From contig JBPOGI010000001.1 of NCBI GenBank assembly GCA_051251855.1, positions 192,001-256,000 of the forward strand: a stretch of DNA of 64,000 nt, read 5' to 3'. Position numbers and translations under genes: made by a program. Under the pieces are notes generated by a model. That model saw nothing but the letters and a program-made list of their open reading frames with translations, was not told the DNA's origin and did no database searches. The first letter of the stretch is position 1. Each line of letters opens with the position of its first letter. This document shows, piece by piece, positions 9,579 through 19,900 of the stretch. This DNA is from Roseibacillus sp. (GTDB taxonomy: Bacteria > Verrucomicrobiota > Verrucomicrobiia > Verrucomicrobiales > Akkermansiaceae).

Positions 9579-11306
9579 ATGGCTGGTCCACTTTTTGTCC
9601 CTGAAAACGCTCCTTTCTCTCCTGAACAACGGGAGTGGCTTAACGACTTTTTTGCAAAGCAAATGGCTGGAGGAGGGGCTCCTGATGCTGGAGGTCCTAG
9701 TGTCCCAGTTACAATCCTTTGGGGATCTCAGACGGGTAATGCAGAGGGATGTGCTAAGCGTCTAGCAAAGGCTCTCAATGGAGGACGCTTCGAGACGGAT
9801 GTCTTTGATATCGGCAATTATGATATCGCGCAGCTCAGCAAAGAGAAGAATCTCTTGGTGATTACAAGCACCTACGGTGATGGTGAACCACCAGACAATG
9901 CGGCTGACTTTGTGGAGACCTTGTTGAGCGATTCGGCTCCGAGGATGGAGGGCGTCAAGTTCTCGGTTCTCGCGTTGGGCGATACCGAATATCCTGATTT
10001 TTGTGAGACGGGGATCGTTATCGACCGCCGATTTGGCGAATTGGGTGGCGAGCGTATCTATGACCGAGTCGATTGTGATGTTGATTACGACGAGCCTTTC
10101 GATGTCTGGAAAGCGGGTATTATCGATGTGCTCGGTGCCGGCTCTGCGGTGGCTGAGCTAGTTGATGCTCCTGCAGAGGATATTCCCTATGGTAAGAAGA
10201 AGCCTTTTCCCGCGCCCGTCCTTAACAACTACGATTTGAATAAAGAGGGCGCGTTCAAAGCAACGCATCATCTTGAGTTTTCCCTCGAAGGTTCGGATAT
10301 GGAGTATTCAGCGGGTGATGCCTTGGGAGTTCTTCCGGTGAATCCCGAGTCGGCTGTTGATGAGCTTTTGGCGGCGTTGCCTTTCAATACTTCCCGCGAC
10401 GTGCCTCTTCCAGGTGGTGGTGAGGCTCCCTTGAAGGAGGCTCTCACTTACAATTACGATATCCGCAGTCTCAATAAGAAGCTGGTGACGGCTTGGCAGG
10501 AGCGCAGTGGCTCGCCGTATCTTCGTTCTGTTGTGGAAGCGGACGATAAGAAGGTTTGGGACGACTTTTTCTGGGGGCGTGAGCTCGTTGATTTAGCCGT
10601 TGATTACCCCGCGGATTTCCGTGATGGGGAAGAGTTCGTGAGCGTGTTGAAGAAGCTTCAGCCTCGCCTCTATTCGATTTCTTCCAGTCCCAAGGCTCAT
10701 CCAGGCGAAGTTCACTTGACGGTGGCGGTGGTGACTTATGATTCTCATGGCCGCAGTCGTGGTGGGGTCTGTTCGACTTTCCTTGCCGACCGTTGTGAAG
10801 GTGTTCAGCCGGGGGTGTTTGTCCACGTGAATAAGGCTTTTCGACCACCAGCAGACGACAGTGTGCCGATGATTATGGTCGGGCCCGGAACTGGAGTTGC
10901 TCCGTTCCGTGCCTTCCTTGAAGAGCGCGAGGCAACAGGAGCGAAGGGGAAGAATTGGCTTTTCTTTGGCAATCCCTATCGCGCGACCGACTATCTCTAC
11001 GAAGAGGAATTGGCGGCCAAGCAAGAGAGCGGCGTCTTAAGCAAGCTCTCGCTCGCCTTTTCCCGTGATCAAAAGGAGAAGCTCTACGTGCAGCATTTGA
11101 TGTTGCAGGAGGGTGCCGAGCTCTGGAAGTGGCTGGACGAAGGAGCCTACTTCTTCGTCTGTGGCGATGCTTCTCGTATGGCAAAGGATGTCGATGCGGC
11201 GCTCCATCAGGTCATTCAGGATCATGGTGGTATGAGCGAGGAGGAGGCGGTCGATTACGTCAAGCAGCTCAAAAAGGACAAGCGCTACGGGCGAGACGTC
11301 TATTAA
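9579..11306 (+). CDS. cysJ: Sulfite reductase flavoprotein alpha subunit (flavodoxin + FNR)
   Basis: GSQTGNA, STYGDGEPP, RLYSISSS, GPGTGVAPFR, C-terminal RYGRDVY. Confidence 0.9.
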   Translation: MAGPLFVPENAPFSPEQREWLNDFFAKQMAGGGAPDAGGPSVPVTILWGSQTGNAEGCAKRLAKALNGGRFETDVFDIGNYDIAQLSKEKNLLVITSTYGDGEPPDNAADFVETLLSDSAPRMEGVKFSVLALGDTEYPDFCETGIVIDRRFGELGGERIYDRVDCDVDYDEPFDVWKAGIIDVLGAGSAVAELVDAPAEDIPYGKKKPFPAPVLNNYDLNKEGAFKATHHLEFSLEGSDMEYSAGDALGVLPVNPESAVDELLAALPFNTSRDVPLPGGGEAPLKEALTYNYDIRSLNKKLVTAWQERSGSPYLRSVVEADDKKVWDDFFWGRELVDLAVDYPADFRDGEEFVSVLKKLQPRLYSISSSPKAHPGEVHLTVAVVTYDSHGRSRGGVCSTFLADRCEGVQPGVFVHVNKAFRPPADDSVPMIMVGPGTGVAPFRAFLEEREATGAKGKNWLFFGNPYRATDYLYEEELAAKQESGVLSKLSLAFSRDQKEKLYVQHLMLQEGAELWKWLDEGAYFFVCGDASRMAKDVDAALHQVIQDHGGMSEEEAVDYVKQLKKDKRYGRDVY

Positions 11307-11441
11307 GAGAGGGCTTTTGGTCTTTTGGAAGGAGTGGGGGCATTTGCGGCCTTTTTTACGGCCTGTTTTAAATCGCAATCGCGTATTGCGAAAACGCCTG
11401 TCTGTCGGTAGCGTCCGCATCCCTCGAACCACCAATCGAAA

Positions 11442-13007
11442 ATGAGCAAAGCAGTTACAATCTACGATACGACCCTCCGTGATGGCACGCAGGGAGAAGG
11501 TTTTTCCTTATCGGGATTGGATAAGATTCGACTCGCTGAGCGATTGGATACCTTTGGAGTCGATTACATCGAAGGTGGATGGCCGGGCTCGAACCCGAAG
11601 GATGTTGAGTTCTTCGAGGAAGCGAAAAAACTGAAGTTAAAGCACGCTAAGATTGCGGCCTTTGGATCTACACGGCGCGCAGACCTCGCGGTAGAAGATG
11701 ACCCACAAATCAAGTTGCTCATCGATGCCGAAACGCCGGTGGTGACCATTTTTGGAAAGAGCTGGGCCCTTCATGTCACGGAGGTCATTCGCACCACGCG
11801 TGAGGAGAACTTGGCGATGATTCGGGATTCGGTTCAATATCTGACCGAAGCTGGTCGCGAGGTAGTCTACGATGCGGAGCACTTCTTTGATGGCTACAAG
11901 GATGACTCTGAGTATGCGCTGCAGACTCTGGAGGCGGCGGCTGAGGGAGGAACCCAGATGCTGGTGCTTTGTGATACCAATGGAGGAACTCTTCCGGAAG
12001 AAGTGAAAGAGATTTGCTCGGCGGTGGCCGCGAGGATTCCTTCCGTTTCGTTTGGTATCCACACTCACAACGATTGTGAGCTTGCGGTTGCCAATGCGAT
12101 TGCGGCGGTGGAAGTGGGCGCGGCTCAGGTGCAGGGAACGATTAATGGTTATGGAGAGCGCACGGGTAACTGTAATCTCACGTCGGTCATTCCTATCCTC
12201 CAGTTGAAGAAGGGCATCGAGGTGATTCCGGACCTGACGCAGATGAAGAACCTCTCGTTCTTTGTTGATGATCTTTCTAACAACCCGCATTTTCCACGCG
12301 CCCCTTTTATCGGGCGCACTGCCTTTTCTCATAAAGGAGGGATGCACGTGAATGCGGTTCAGAAGGTGGCTCATTCCTACGAGCACATTCGTCCGCAAGC
12401 GGTGGGGAATGAGCAAATCATTCTGGTGAGTGAGCTCAGCGGACAATCGAACATTCTCATTAAAGCTGAAGAGCTAGGCCTTCCTTTACAAAAAGGAAGT
12501 GCCGAAGCGAAGGCGGTCCTCACGCGCGTGAAGGAGTTGGAGAAGGAAGGTTATTCCTATGAGTCGGCGGGAGGTTCTTTGGAGCTTCTGATTCGTCGTG
12601 AGTTAGGAAGCTACGTGAAGAAGTGGAATCTCTCTGAGTATCACTGTTCTTTCCGTCAGTATCGTGATGGGCACAACCCTGTCTGCGATGGGGTGGTGAA
12701 GCTGGAAGTGAATGATAAAGCGGCCTTCTGCGTCGCGGAAGGTCATGGAGTGGTCAACGCTCTCGATAAGGCGCTTCGCGAGGCTCTTCTTCCTTTCTAT
12801 CCTGCTATCGAGAATATCCGCCTCATTGATTACAAAGTGCGTATCATTGACGGTGGGGAAGCTACGGCGGCGAAGACGCGTGTGCTGATTGTGCAGTCGG
12901 ATGGCGAGCGCTCCTGGGGCACAGTGGGTGTTTCGGACTCCATCATCGAGGCGAGTTGGATAGCTTTGACGGATGGGATTGACCTGTTTTTGCAGCGTCA
13001 CACCTAG
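11442..13007 (+). CDS. cimA: Citramalate synthase
   Basis: YDTTLRDGTQGEG, IEGGWPGSNPKD, YDAEHFFDGY, HKGGMH and LeuA-type regulatory domain. Confidence 0.9.
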   Translation: MSKAVTIYDTTLRDGTQGEGFSLSGLDKIRLAERLDTFGVDYIEGGWPGSNPKDVEFFEEAKKLKLKHAKIAAFGSTRRADLAVEDDPQIKLLIDAETPVVTIFGKSWALHVTEVIRTTREENLAMIRDSVQYLTEAGREVVYDAEHFFDGYKDDSEYALQTLEAAAEGGTQMLVLCDTNGGTLPEEVKEICSAVAARIPSVSFGIHTHNDCELAVANAIAAVEVGAAQVQGTINGYGERTGNCNLTSVIPILQLKKGIEVIPDLTQMKNLSFFVDDLSNNPHFPRAPFIGRTAFSHKGGMHVNAVQKVAHSYEHIRPQAVGNEQIILVSELSGQSNILIKAEELGLPLQKGSAEAKAVLTRVKELEKEGYSYESAGGSLELLIRRELGSYVKKWNLSEYHCSFRQYRDGHNPVCDGVVKLEVNDKAAFCVAEGHGVVNALDKALREALLPFYPAIENIRLIDYKVRIIDGGEATAAKTRVLIVQSDGERSWGTVGVSDSIIEASWIALTDGIDLFLQRHT

Positions 13008-13021
13008 GGTTTTCGAGAGCT

Positions 13022-13819
13022 ATGACCGACACCCATTGCCATCTTGCTTCGCATAAGTTTGCCGAGAGTGAGCTTCCCGAACTGGTCGCTAGAGCTAAAG
13101 AAGGGGGCGTGAATCGCATGGTGACACTAGCGACGGAGGAGGAGGATATTCCGCGTAACGTTGCCATCGCTGAAAGCTTCTCTGAGGTCTATGCCTGCGT
13201 CGGGATTCATCCCTGTGATGTGCATGAGACGCGTGATGACTTTGAAGAAATGGTGCGACCTCATCTTTCTAACAAGAGGGTGGCTGGGATAGGGGAGACG
13301 GGGTTGGATTACTATCATCCTGCGCCCGAAGGGTGGTCGGAAGAAGATTACCATGCGCGTCAGCGTGACTTTTTACGGCGTCATTTCGAACTGGCGAAGG
13401 AGTCGGGGTTGAACGTGGTGATTCACACGCGTGATAAGAGCGGGACGGCTTCGTTCGATGATGCGCTCGCGATTTATGGTGATTTTCATGAGGAGGTGCA
13501 GGCGGTGTTTCACTGTTTTCCGGGGCCCTATGAATTGGCGGAGAGGATCTTGGAAGCAGGTGGGTTGGTATCTTTTACGGGGGTGGCAACTTTTAAGAAT
13601 GCGGCGCTGTGTTTGGATTCAGCGCGGAGGGTGCCGCTCGACCGCATGATGGTGGAAACGGATTCACCCTATTTGGCTCCTGTTCCTCATCGAGGGAAAC
13701 GATGTGAGCCTTCTTACGTGGCCCAGACGGCCCAGCGGATTGCGGAAGCGCGGGCAATCACTTTGGATGAGTTGGTTGTGGGCACGGAAGCGGTTTGTGA
13801 GCGCTTTTTCCGTTTTTGA
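13022..13819 (+). CDS. tatD: TatD family hydrolase
   Basis: DTHCHL, GIHP, IGETGLDY, VETDSPYLAP. Confidence 0.92.
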   Translation: MTDTHCHLASHKFAESELPELVARAKEGGVNRMVTLATEEEDIPRNVAIAESFSEVYACVGIHPCDVHETRDDFEEMVRPHLSNKRVAGIGETGLDYYHPAPEGWSEEDYHARQRDFLRRHFELAKESGLNVVIHTRDKSGTASFDDALAIYGDFHEEVQAVFHCFPGPYELAERILEAGGLVSFTGVATFKNAALCLDSARRVPLDRMMVETDSPYLAPVPHRGKRCEPSYVAQTAQRIAEARAITLDELVVGTEAVCERFFRF

Positions 13820-13863
13820 AAACGAGGCTTGAAAGAGTGAGAGGCGTTTCGTGTAAATGAGAG

Positions 13864-15366
13864 ATGCCCATTCCGCGCTCTTTGATTTCCCTGCTCTTCG
13901 CTACGGTGGGGGCTTCGTCGCTCGCTTTTTCGCAAGAGAAGCGTCCTAATATCCTTTTCATCATCGCAGATGATCAATCGCCTTATGATCTGAAGGCCTA
14001 TCGTCCGGAGTCGAAGTTAGATACGCCCACTTTGGATAAGCTTGCTGCTGAGGGCGTGGTTCTCGATCAGGCTTATCAAATGGGGTCTTGGTCAGGGGCG
14101 GTTTGCACGCCTTCGCGCACGATGGTGATGACGGGGCGCAGCGTCTGGGGGATTCCCGGTGCGGAGAAATATTTGGAAGACAAGAGTTTGGTGCCGGCTG
14201 CTATGGCTAAGCACTCGATGGCGGCTGCCTTTAATCGTGCGGGCTACGATACGATGCGCACTTGTAAGAAGGGCAATAGTTACGCGGGAGCTAACAAGGA
14301 GTTCACGGTGGTGAAGGATGCCACTAAGAGAGGAGGGACTCCGGAGACGGGGAGCACTTGGCACGGTGATCAGGTGATGAACTATTTGGAGGAGCGTGAG
14401 AAGAGTGAGGATGAGGACCCGTTTCTCATCTATTATGGCTTCTCGCATCCGCATGACGTCCGGGACGGTTTTCCTGATCTTCTGAAAAAGTATGGAGCGG
14501 TCAATCACAGGGATAGGGAGACCATTCCCGCGGCCAATCCATTGCAGCCACATCTTCCTCTCAATTATTTACCTGCGCATCCGTTTTCCCATGGTCATCC
14601 CGGTTTACGCGATGAGGTGAAGGTGCCCGGCGTCTGGGAGCGGCGTGATGAGCAGACCATTCGCAATGAACTGGGTCGTGAGTTTGCTTGCAGTGAATTG
14701 ATTGATCAGCAAATTGCCCGCGTCTTAGAAAAATTAGAAGCGATGGGCGAGCTCGACAATACCTACATCATCTACACCGCCGATCACGGGATGGCGATTG
14801 GTCGTCATGGTTTGCAAGGGAAGCAGAATCTCTATGAGCATACTTGGCGTGTCCCTTTCATTGTAAAGGGGCCTGGAATTCCTGCTGGCAAGCGGTTGAA
14901 GGGGAATACCTACCTAATGGATGTGCTGCCGACTCTCTGTGACTTGGCTGGTTTTGCGCCTCCGGAAGGGGTGAACGGGAAGAGTATGAAGCCTGTTTTG
15001 GAAGGAAAGCAGGAGACCTTGAGAGATGTTCTTTACGGCGTCTACTGCGGAGGCACGAAGCCAGGAATGCGCAGTGTGAGAAAAGGGGATTGGAAGCTGA
15101 TTCAATATGACGTCCTCGACGGCGAGGTGCAGGAGAAGCAATTGTTTAATTTGGCTGAGAATCCTTTGGAGTATATTGCCGAGCATGAGAAGGGCGGGAT
15201 GAAGACCAACCTTGCCGAGAATCCAAAGTTTGCGGAGAAGCAGGCTGAGATGGAGGCTCTGTTGCTGGCCCAGATGCGCGAAAACAACGATCCTTACCGG
15301 TTGTGGGATCAGCCGCAGGAGGAAATTTCGTTGCCTGTTAAGGGGAAAGCAAAGAAGGGGAAGTAG
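13864..15366 (+). CDS. Secreted formylglycine-dependent sulfatase
   Basis: Signal peptide, RPNILFIIADD, CTPSR (CxPxR), ADHG, GKQNLYE. Confidence 0.93.
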   Translation: MPIPRSLISLLFATVGASSLAFSQEKRPNILFIIADDQSPYDLKAYRPESKLDTPTLDKLAAEGVVLDQAYQMGSWSGAVCTPSRTMVMTGRSVWGIPGAEKYLEDKSLVPAAMAKHSMAAAFNRAGYDTMRTCKKGNSYAGANKEFTVVKDATKRGGTPETGSTWHGDQVMNYLEEREKSEDEDPFLIYYGFSHPHDVRDGFPDLLKKYGAVNHRDRETIPAANPLQPHLPLNYLPAHPFSHGHPGLRDEVKVPGVWERRDEQTIRNELGREFACSELIDQQIARVLEKLEAMGELDNTYIIYTADHGMAIGRHGLQGKQNLYEHTWRVPFIVKGPGIPAGKRLKGNTYLMDVLPTLCDLAGFAPPEGVNGKSMKPVLEGKQETLRDVLYGVYCGGTKPGMRSVRKGDWKLIQYDVLDGEVQEKQLFNLAENPLEYIAEHEKGGMKTNLAENPKFAEKQAEMEALLLAQMRENNDPYRLWDQPQEEISLPVKGKAKKGK

Positions 15367-15431
15367 GTGGGGTCCTTCTGCCAGCAAAATAGGTTGTCAG
15401 AGAGTACTTACTCGCTATGATTTCGGAAATT

Positions 15432-15749
15432 ATGGCAAACGCGACAAATGTGCTAGCTCAGGGGATCGAAATCACAGGTTCTATCAAGTTCTCCAACGAT
15501 ATGATCATCGACGGTAAGGTTGATGGTCAAATTGAGTCCGAAAAGGGCAAGGTTACCATTGGTGAAAATGCTCAAATCAAAGGTGATGTGAAGGCCGGTG
15601 AGGTTAAGATGTATGGTAAAGTGGAAGGAACGATCGAGTCTGGTCGTTGCGAGCTAAAGCCGAAGTCTGAGTTGAAGGGCGACATCAAGACGAAGTCACT
15701 TTCGATGGAAGAAGGCGCGATTCTTTCGGGAAGCACCCAGATTGGTTAA
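15432..15749 (+). CDS. Bactofilin (polymer-forming cytoskeletal protein)
   Basis: Repeated beta-helix pattern (ITGSIKF, IDGKVDGQI, LKGDIKT, MEEGA). Confidence 0.9.
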   Translation: MANATNVLAQGIEITGSIKFSNDMIIDGKVDGQIESEKGKVTIGENAQIKGDVKAGEVKMYGKVEGTIESGRCELKPKSELKGDIKTKSLSMEEGAILSGSTQIG

Positions 15750-15772
15750 GGGTCGATTTTACGACGATTTTT

Positions 15773-15803
15773 GAGAGAGCCGGACGTGAGGTCCGGCTTT
15801 TTT
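15773..15803 (+). terminator. Intrinsic terminator after the bactofilin gene
   Basis: agccggac-gtgag-gtccggct stem followed by a T run. Confidence 0.8.
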
Positions 15804-15857
15804 GTGGGGAGATGTGGAGGTATTTGGCTTTTTAAGCTGCTGGGGTTGATGTCGCTC

Positions 15858-16030
15858 ACAGGAGGCCGGATGAGTCACATCGGAGTAGTCGATTCGAGAA
15901 CCTACGGGCTTACCCTCAACTCTGTAGGTTTTCAGGTAGCGGCTTGGAGAGACCGCGCTCCCGATTCTCTGAGCCCGATACGACAACATGGCTTTACACA
16001 GTGCCATTCGACTGAAGTTGCTCCTCCTAT
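15858..16030. ncRNA. Candidate structured non-coding RNA, family unassigned
   Basis: Nested complementary segments: aggagg/cctcct ends, agtcga/tcgact, a 13-bp hairpin at 15896-15933, gcgg/ccgc and atggc/gccat hairpins; no credible ORF. Confidence 0.55.
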
Positions 16031-16066
16031 CTGGTGGAACGTGTTTTCCCTCCCTTGAAAACCCTG

Positions 16067-16678
16067 TTACTTGGCGCTTGCGGGTTTTACCTCCTCGGAA
16101 GGGCTGATCTTGTCGCTCCAAAGGGACTTACCGCGGCGTTCTTCCTTCGGAAAGCTGGCGCGGTGGGCGCTGTTGAGTCCGAAGTAAAAGGCGAAAAGGG
16201 CAACAAGAGCGCAGGCAAGAAAGATGGCGAAGTCTCGGCCGGAGGTGTCCTTGTTGACAATAGGAGTGGGAGTTACAGGGCGTGGAGGAGCCGAAGACTT
16301 GGCTGCAGGTGCTGCGGCTTTCTTCTTTTTCTTCTTCTTCTGTTGGGATTTAAATTTTTCCTCGGAGAGTTCTTCCTGCTCTTCTTCGGTAAGCTGGTAG
16401 TTGAAGAGAACGTCGCCCACTTCGGCATCGAGGCCATCCTTGAGGTCGATGACTTCCATTTCATTTTCCTCGAGATGGATTCCGTTGGTGGAATCGCAAT
16501 CGGCAAGAATGAATCCGCCCTTGGCGCGCCTCATTTCGCAGTGATGGGAGGAAACCGAACCGTGCTCGACTACGACATCATTCGCCGCAGAGCGCCCGAT
16601 GGTCACCACCTCGGTGTCGAGGGGGAAGCGATAGGGCTGAGGGGTGGCGTTAGGAATGGTGAGGCAGATGCGTGGCAT
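16067..16678 (-). CDS. FHA domain membrane protein
   Basis: IGR...VSSHH...STNG FHA motifs, Lys/Pro-rich linker, C-terminal TM helix. Confidence 0.85.
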   Translation of the reverse strand: MPRICLTIPNATPQPYRFPLDTEVVTIGRSAANDVVVEHGSVSSHHCEMRRAKGGFILADCDSTNGIHLEENEMEVIDLKDGLDAEVGDVLFNYQLTEEEQEELSEEKFKSQQKKKKKKKAAAPAAKSSAPPRPVTPTPIVNKDTSGRDFAIFLACALVALFAFYFGLNSAHRASFPKEERRGKSLWSDKISPSEEVKPASAK

Positions 16679-16913
16679 TGTGTTCTTTACGGTTGAGTGA
16701 ACGTTATCTTAGCGGGCAATTTTTGGTCGGAAAGTCGCAAAATTGAGCATTTTGCCATGCGGACTGATTTAGTGGAGGCGCTTTGGGAACTCTAGGGGCA
16801 AGGTCGACTTTTGCTTGGTCCTTGCAGCCCGAGCTGAGACCCGATGAGAAGATGGCGAGGTTGGGGCGGCGAGGAGGGGCTCTCACGATCCCCTTGGCGC
16901 AGTCTTTTTTAGC

Positions 16914-19900
16914 TTAGGCCTTGGCGATTTCTACCGCTGACTCGTGCTTGGCTTCTTCAACTTCCAAGGTGTGACGGTCTTTCGGAATGACGCGTAGCAT
17001 GCTTTGTAGGGCCTTATCCCAATCAGCGAGAAGTTGCTGGGCTTTTGGAGATCCCGTTTTTTCGAAATGAGCTTCAATGAGTCCTTTGACTTCCGCGATG
17101 TCGGCATCTCGGGAGACGGGGAGGGCGACCACCATTTCGGGGTTGAGACGAGACTGGAATTGGCCGTCTTCATCGAGAATGTAAGCGACTCCGCCCGACA
17201 TACCGGCTCCGAAGTTCTTTCCGGTGAGGCCGAGGATGACGACAAGGCCATTGGTCATGTATTCGCAACCATGGTCGCCAACTCCTTCGCAGACGGTGGT
17301 AGCACCGGAGTTTCTTACGCAGAAGCGTTCTCCGGCACGACCGTTGACATAGAGTTCGCCACCAGTGGCTCCGTAGAGAACGGTGTTGCCGACAATGGAG
17401 TTTTCGGAAGCCTCAAAGCTAGGGGACATGTCCGTTGGTGGATGAACGATGATAGAGCCGCCAGCCATCCCTTTGCCGACATAGTCGTTGCCCTCTCCGA
17501 TGAGGGTAAGAGCTACTCCTCCGCAGAGGAAGGTTCCAAAGGATTGTCCTGCGGAACCGGTGAAGGTGAGTTTGACGGTGTCTTTGGGGAGTCCGTGGTT
17601 GGCGTAAACTTCGGCGATGCGTCCCGAGAGGCGAGTGCCGATGTTGCGGTCGGTATTGACGACTGGATAAGTCTTCTCGAAGGGAGCGCTGTCCATGAAG
17701 AGGCTGGCGGGATTACTTTCAGCTGCTGCTCCGGTGTGGGCGCGGAGGTCGTCGAGGATTTGCAGGTCGAGGGCTGGCTTGTGAATGCCCATGTTGCGTT
17801 CGTGGGTGCGGAAACGCTCGCCGCCGTTGGCTGGAATGGCTTCTTTGAGGACTTTAGAGAGGTCGACGGTAGAAGCTTTGGGGTGATTGGGGACTTCGCG
17901 TTGTACGAGGTAGCCGGTATGACCAATCATCTCATCAACAGTGCGGATGCCAAGGCTGGCCATGTGTTGACGAGCTTCTTCGGCGACCCCCATCATGAAG
18001 TTGACGACGTGGTCGGGGGTTCCTTTAAACTTCGCACGCCACTTGGGAGAGGTGGTGGCGACTCCTACTGGGCAGTTGTTGAGGTGGCACTTACGTACGT
18101 AGACGCAGCCCATCGCAATCATGGCGATGGTTCCAAAGTTAAATTGTTCTGCTCCGAGCATGGCGCCAATAACGACATCGCGGCCGTTGCGGAAGCCTCC
18201 GTCGGTGCGGAGGACGACACGGTCGCGAAGGTTGTTCATGACCAAAGTTTGTTGGGCTTCGGCGACACCGAGTTCCCAAGGGAGGCCGCAATGCTTGGTC
18301 GAGGAGAGGGGAGAGGCTGCGGTTCCGCCATCGTGACCGGAAACCAAGATGTTGTCGGCGCAAGCTTTGGCGACTCCAGCAGCAACGGTTCCGACTCCTG
18401 CTTCAGCGACGAGCTTGACGGTGACGCGAGCGGAAGGGTTGACCTCTTTGAGGTCGTGAATGAGCTGCGCCAAATCCTCAATACTATAAATATCGTGGTG
18501 AGGCGGTGGCGAGATGAGTTGGACGCCGGGCTGAGTGTTGCGCAGGCGGGCGATAAGGCCGTTGACCTTGTGGCCGGGCAATTGTCCACCTTCGCCGGGC
18601 TTGGCTCCTTGCGCCATCTTGATTTCGATCTCGGCACAATTGACGAGATAGTGAGCGCTCACGCCAAAGCGACCGGAGGCAACTTGCTTAATGGCTGAGC
18701 GGGCGTTGTCCCCGTTGGGGTAGGGCTCGAAACGGCGGGTGTCTTCGCCGCCTTCGCCGGAATCGGATTTGCCGCCGAGACGGTTCATGGCGATGGCGAG
18801 GGTTTCGTGGGCCTCGGGCGAGAGGGCTCCGAGAGACATCGCAGCCGTTGTGAAACGCTTAACGATGTCTTCAGCGGGCTCGACTTCATCAATCGAAATG
18901 GCGGTGGTCTTGTCGGTGCGGAACTCGAGAAGGTCCTTAATGGTGATTGGGTTGTTCGAGAGGGAGGCTTTGACGTATTCGTCATAGTCCTCGATTTTGT
19001 TGTGCTTCACAAAGGTGTGAAGGTTGCTGATCACTTCAGTAGAAATGGCGTGGGATTCTCCAGCCTTACGATACCGATTGTAACCAGGGTCGCCGAGATC
19101 GAGCGGGGTGGTTGCGTCTGGCTCGGCGTAAGCGGTGTTGTGGCGCTGGAGGGTCTCGTGTGCGATTTCATTGAAGCCGACCCCGCCGATGCGAGTGACG
19201 GTTCCGGTGAAACAGACGTCAACCACTTCGGCCCCGACTCCGAGGGCTTCGAAAATTTGCGCTCCTTGATAAGAGTTGAGGACGGAGATGCCCATTTTGG
19301 ACATGATTTTGAGAAGGCCTTTCTCGAGGGCCTTGCGATAGTTGGCCATCGCGATTTCAGGAGTGAGATCCTCGGGGAACTTGTGCTTTTTGATGAGCTT
19401 TTCATCGTTAAGGATCGCGCGAGCAGTGGCGTAACCTAGGTAAGGGCAGACTGCGGTAGCGCCGTAGCCGAATAGGCAAGCGATTTGGTGCGTGTCGCGT
19501 GCTTCACCGGTTTCGATGACGAGAGAGGCGCGAAGACGCTTGCGAGTCTTGGTGAGGTAATGGTGCACGGCTCCGGTGACCATGAGGGAAGGAATAGCGG
19601 CGCGTTCGGCGCAGACTTCCTTGTCGGAAAGAATGAGGATTTCTACTCCGTCATCGACTGCCTTTTCGGCAGACTTGCAGAGGGCCTCCACCGCGGTGCG
19701 AAGGCCAAAGGCTCCGTCTCCGGCGGGGAAGGTGGTGTCTAACACTGCGGACTTGAAGCCGTGCTCGTCGCGCTCCTTGATGTATTCGATTTCCTGTTCA
19801 AAGAGGATGGCTGATTCCAAGTGAAGAATGCGTCCGTGGGCAGGTGACTCGCTGAGAATGTTGCGCTCGCGACCGAGACCTGCGGCGAGAGTCATGACTG

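Noticed and set aside
15842..16040. tmRNA-like ends (GGGGTTGAT on +, TCCACCA on -)
   Set aside because: They lie on opposite strands, with no T-arm or tag reading frame
15759..16121. ORFs 15759-16121 (-) and 15771-16058 (+) as protein genes
   Set aside because: No protein-like features; they run across a terminator, and one overlaps the FHA gene end
17034..18698. 554-aa ORF antisense to gltB, and similar shadow ORFs over the kinase, hisG, clc and plsX genes
   Set aside because: They overlap well-supported genes, show no recognisable motifs, and are expected from codon bias in GC-rich coding DNA
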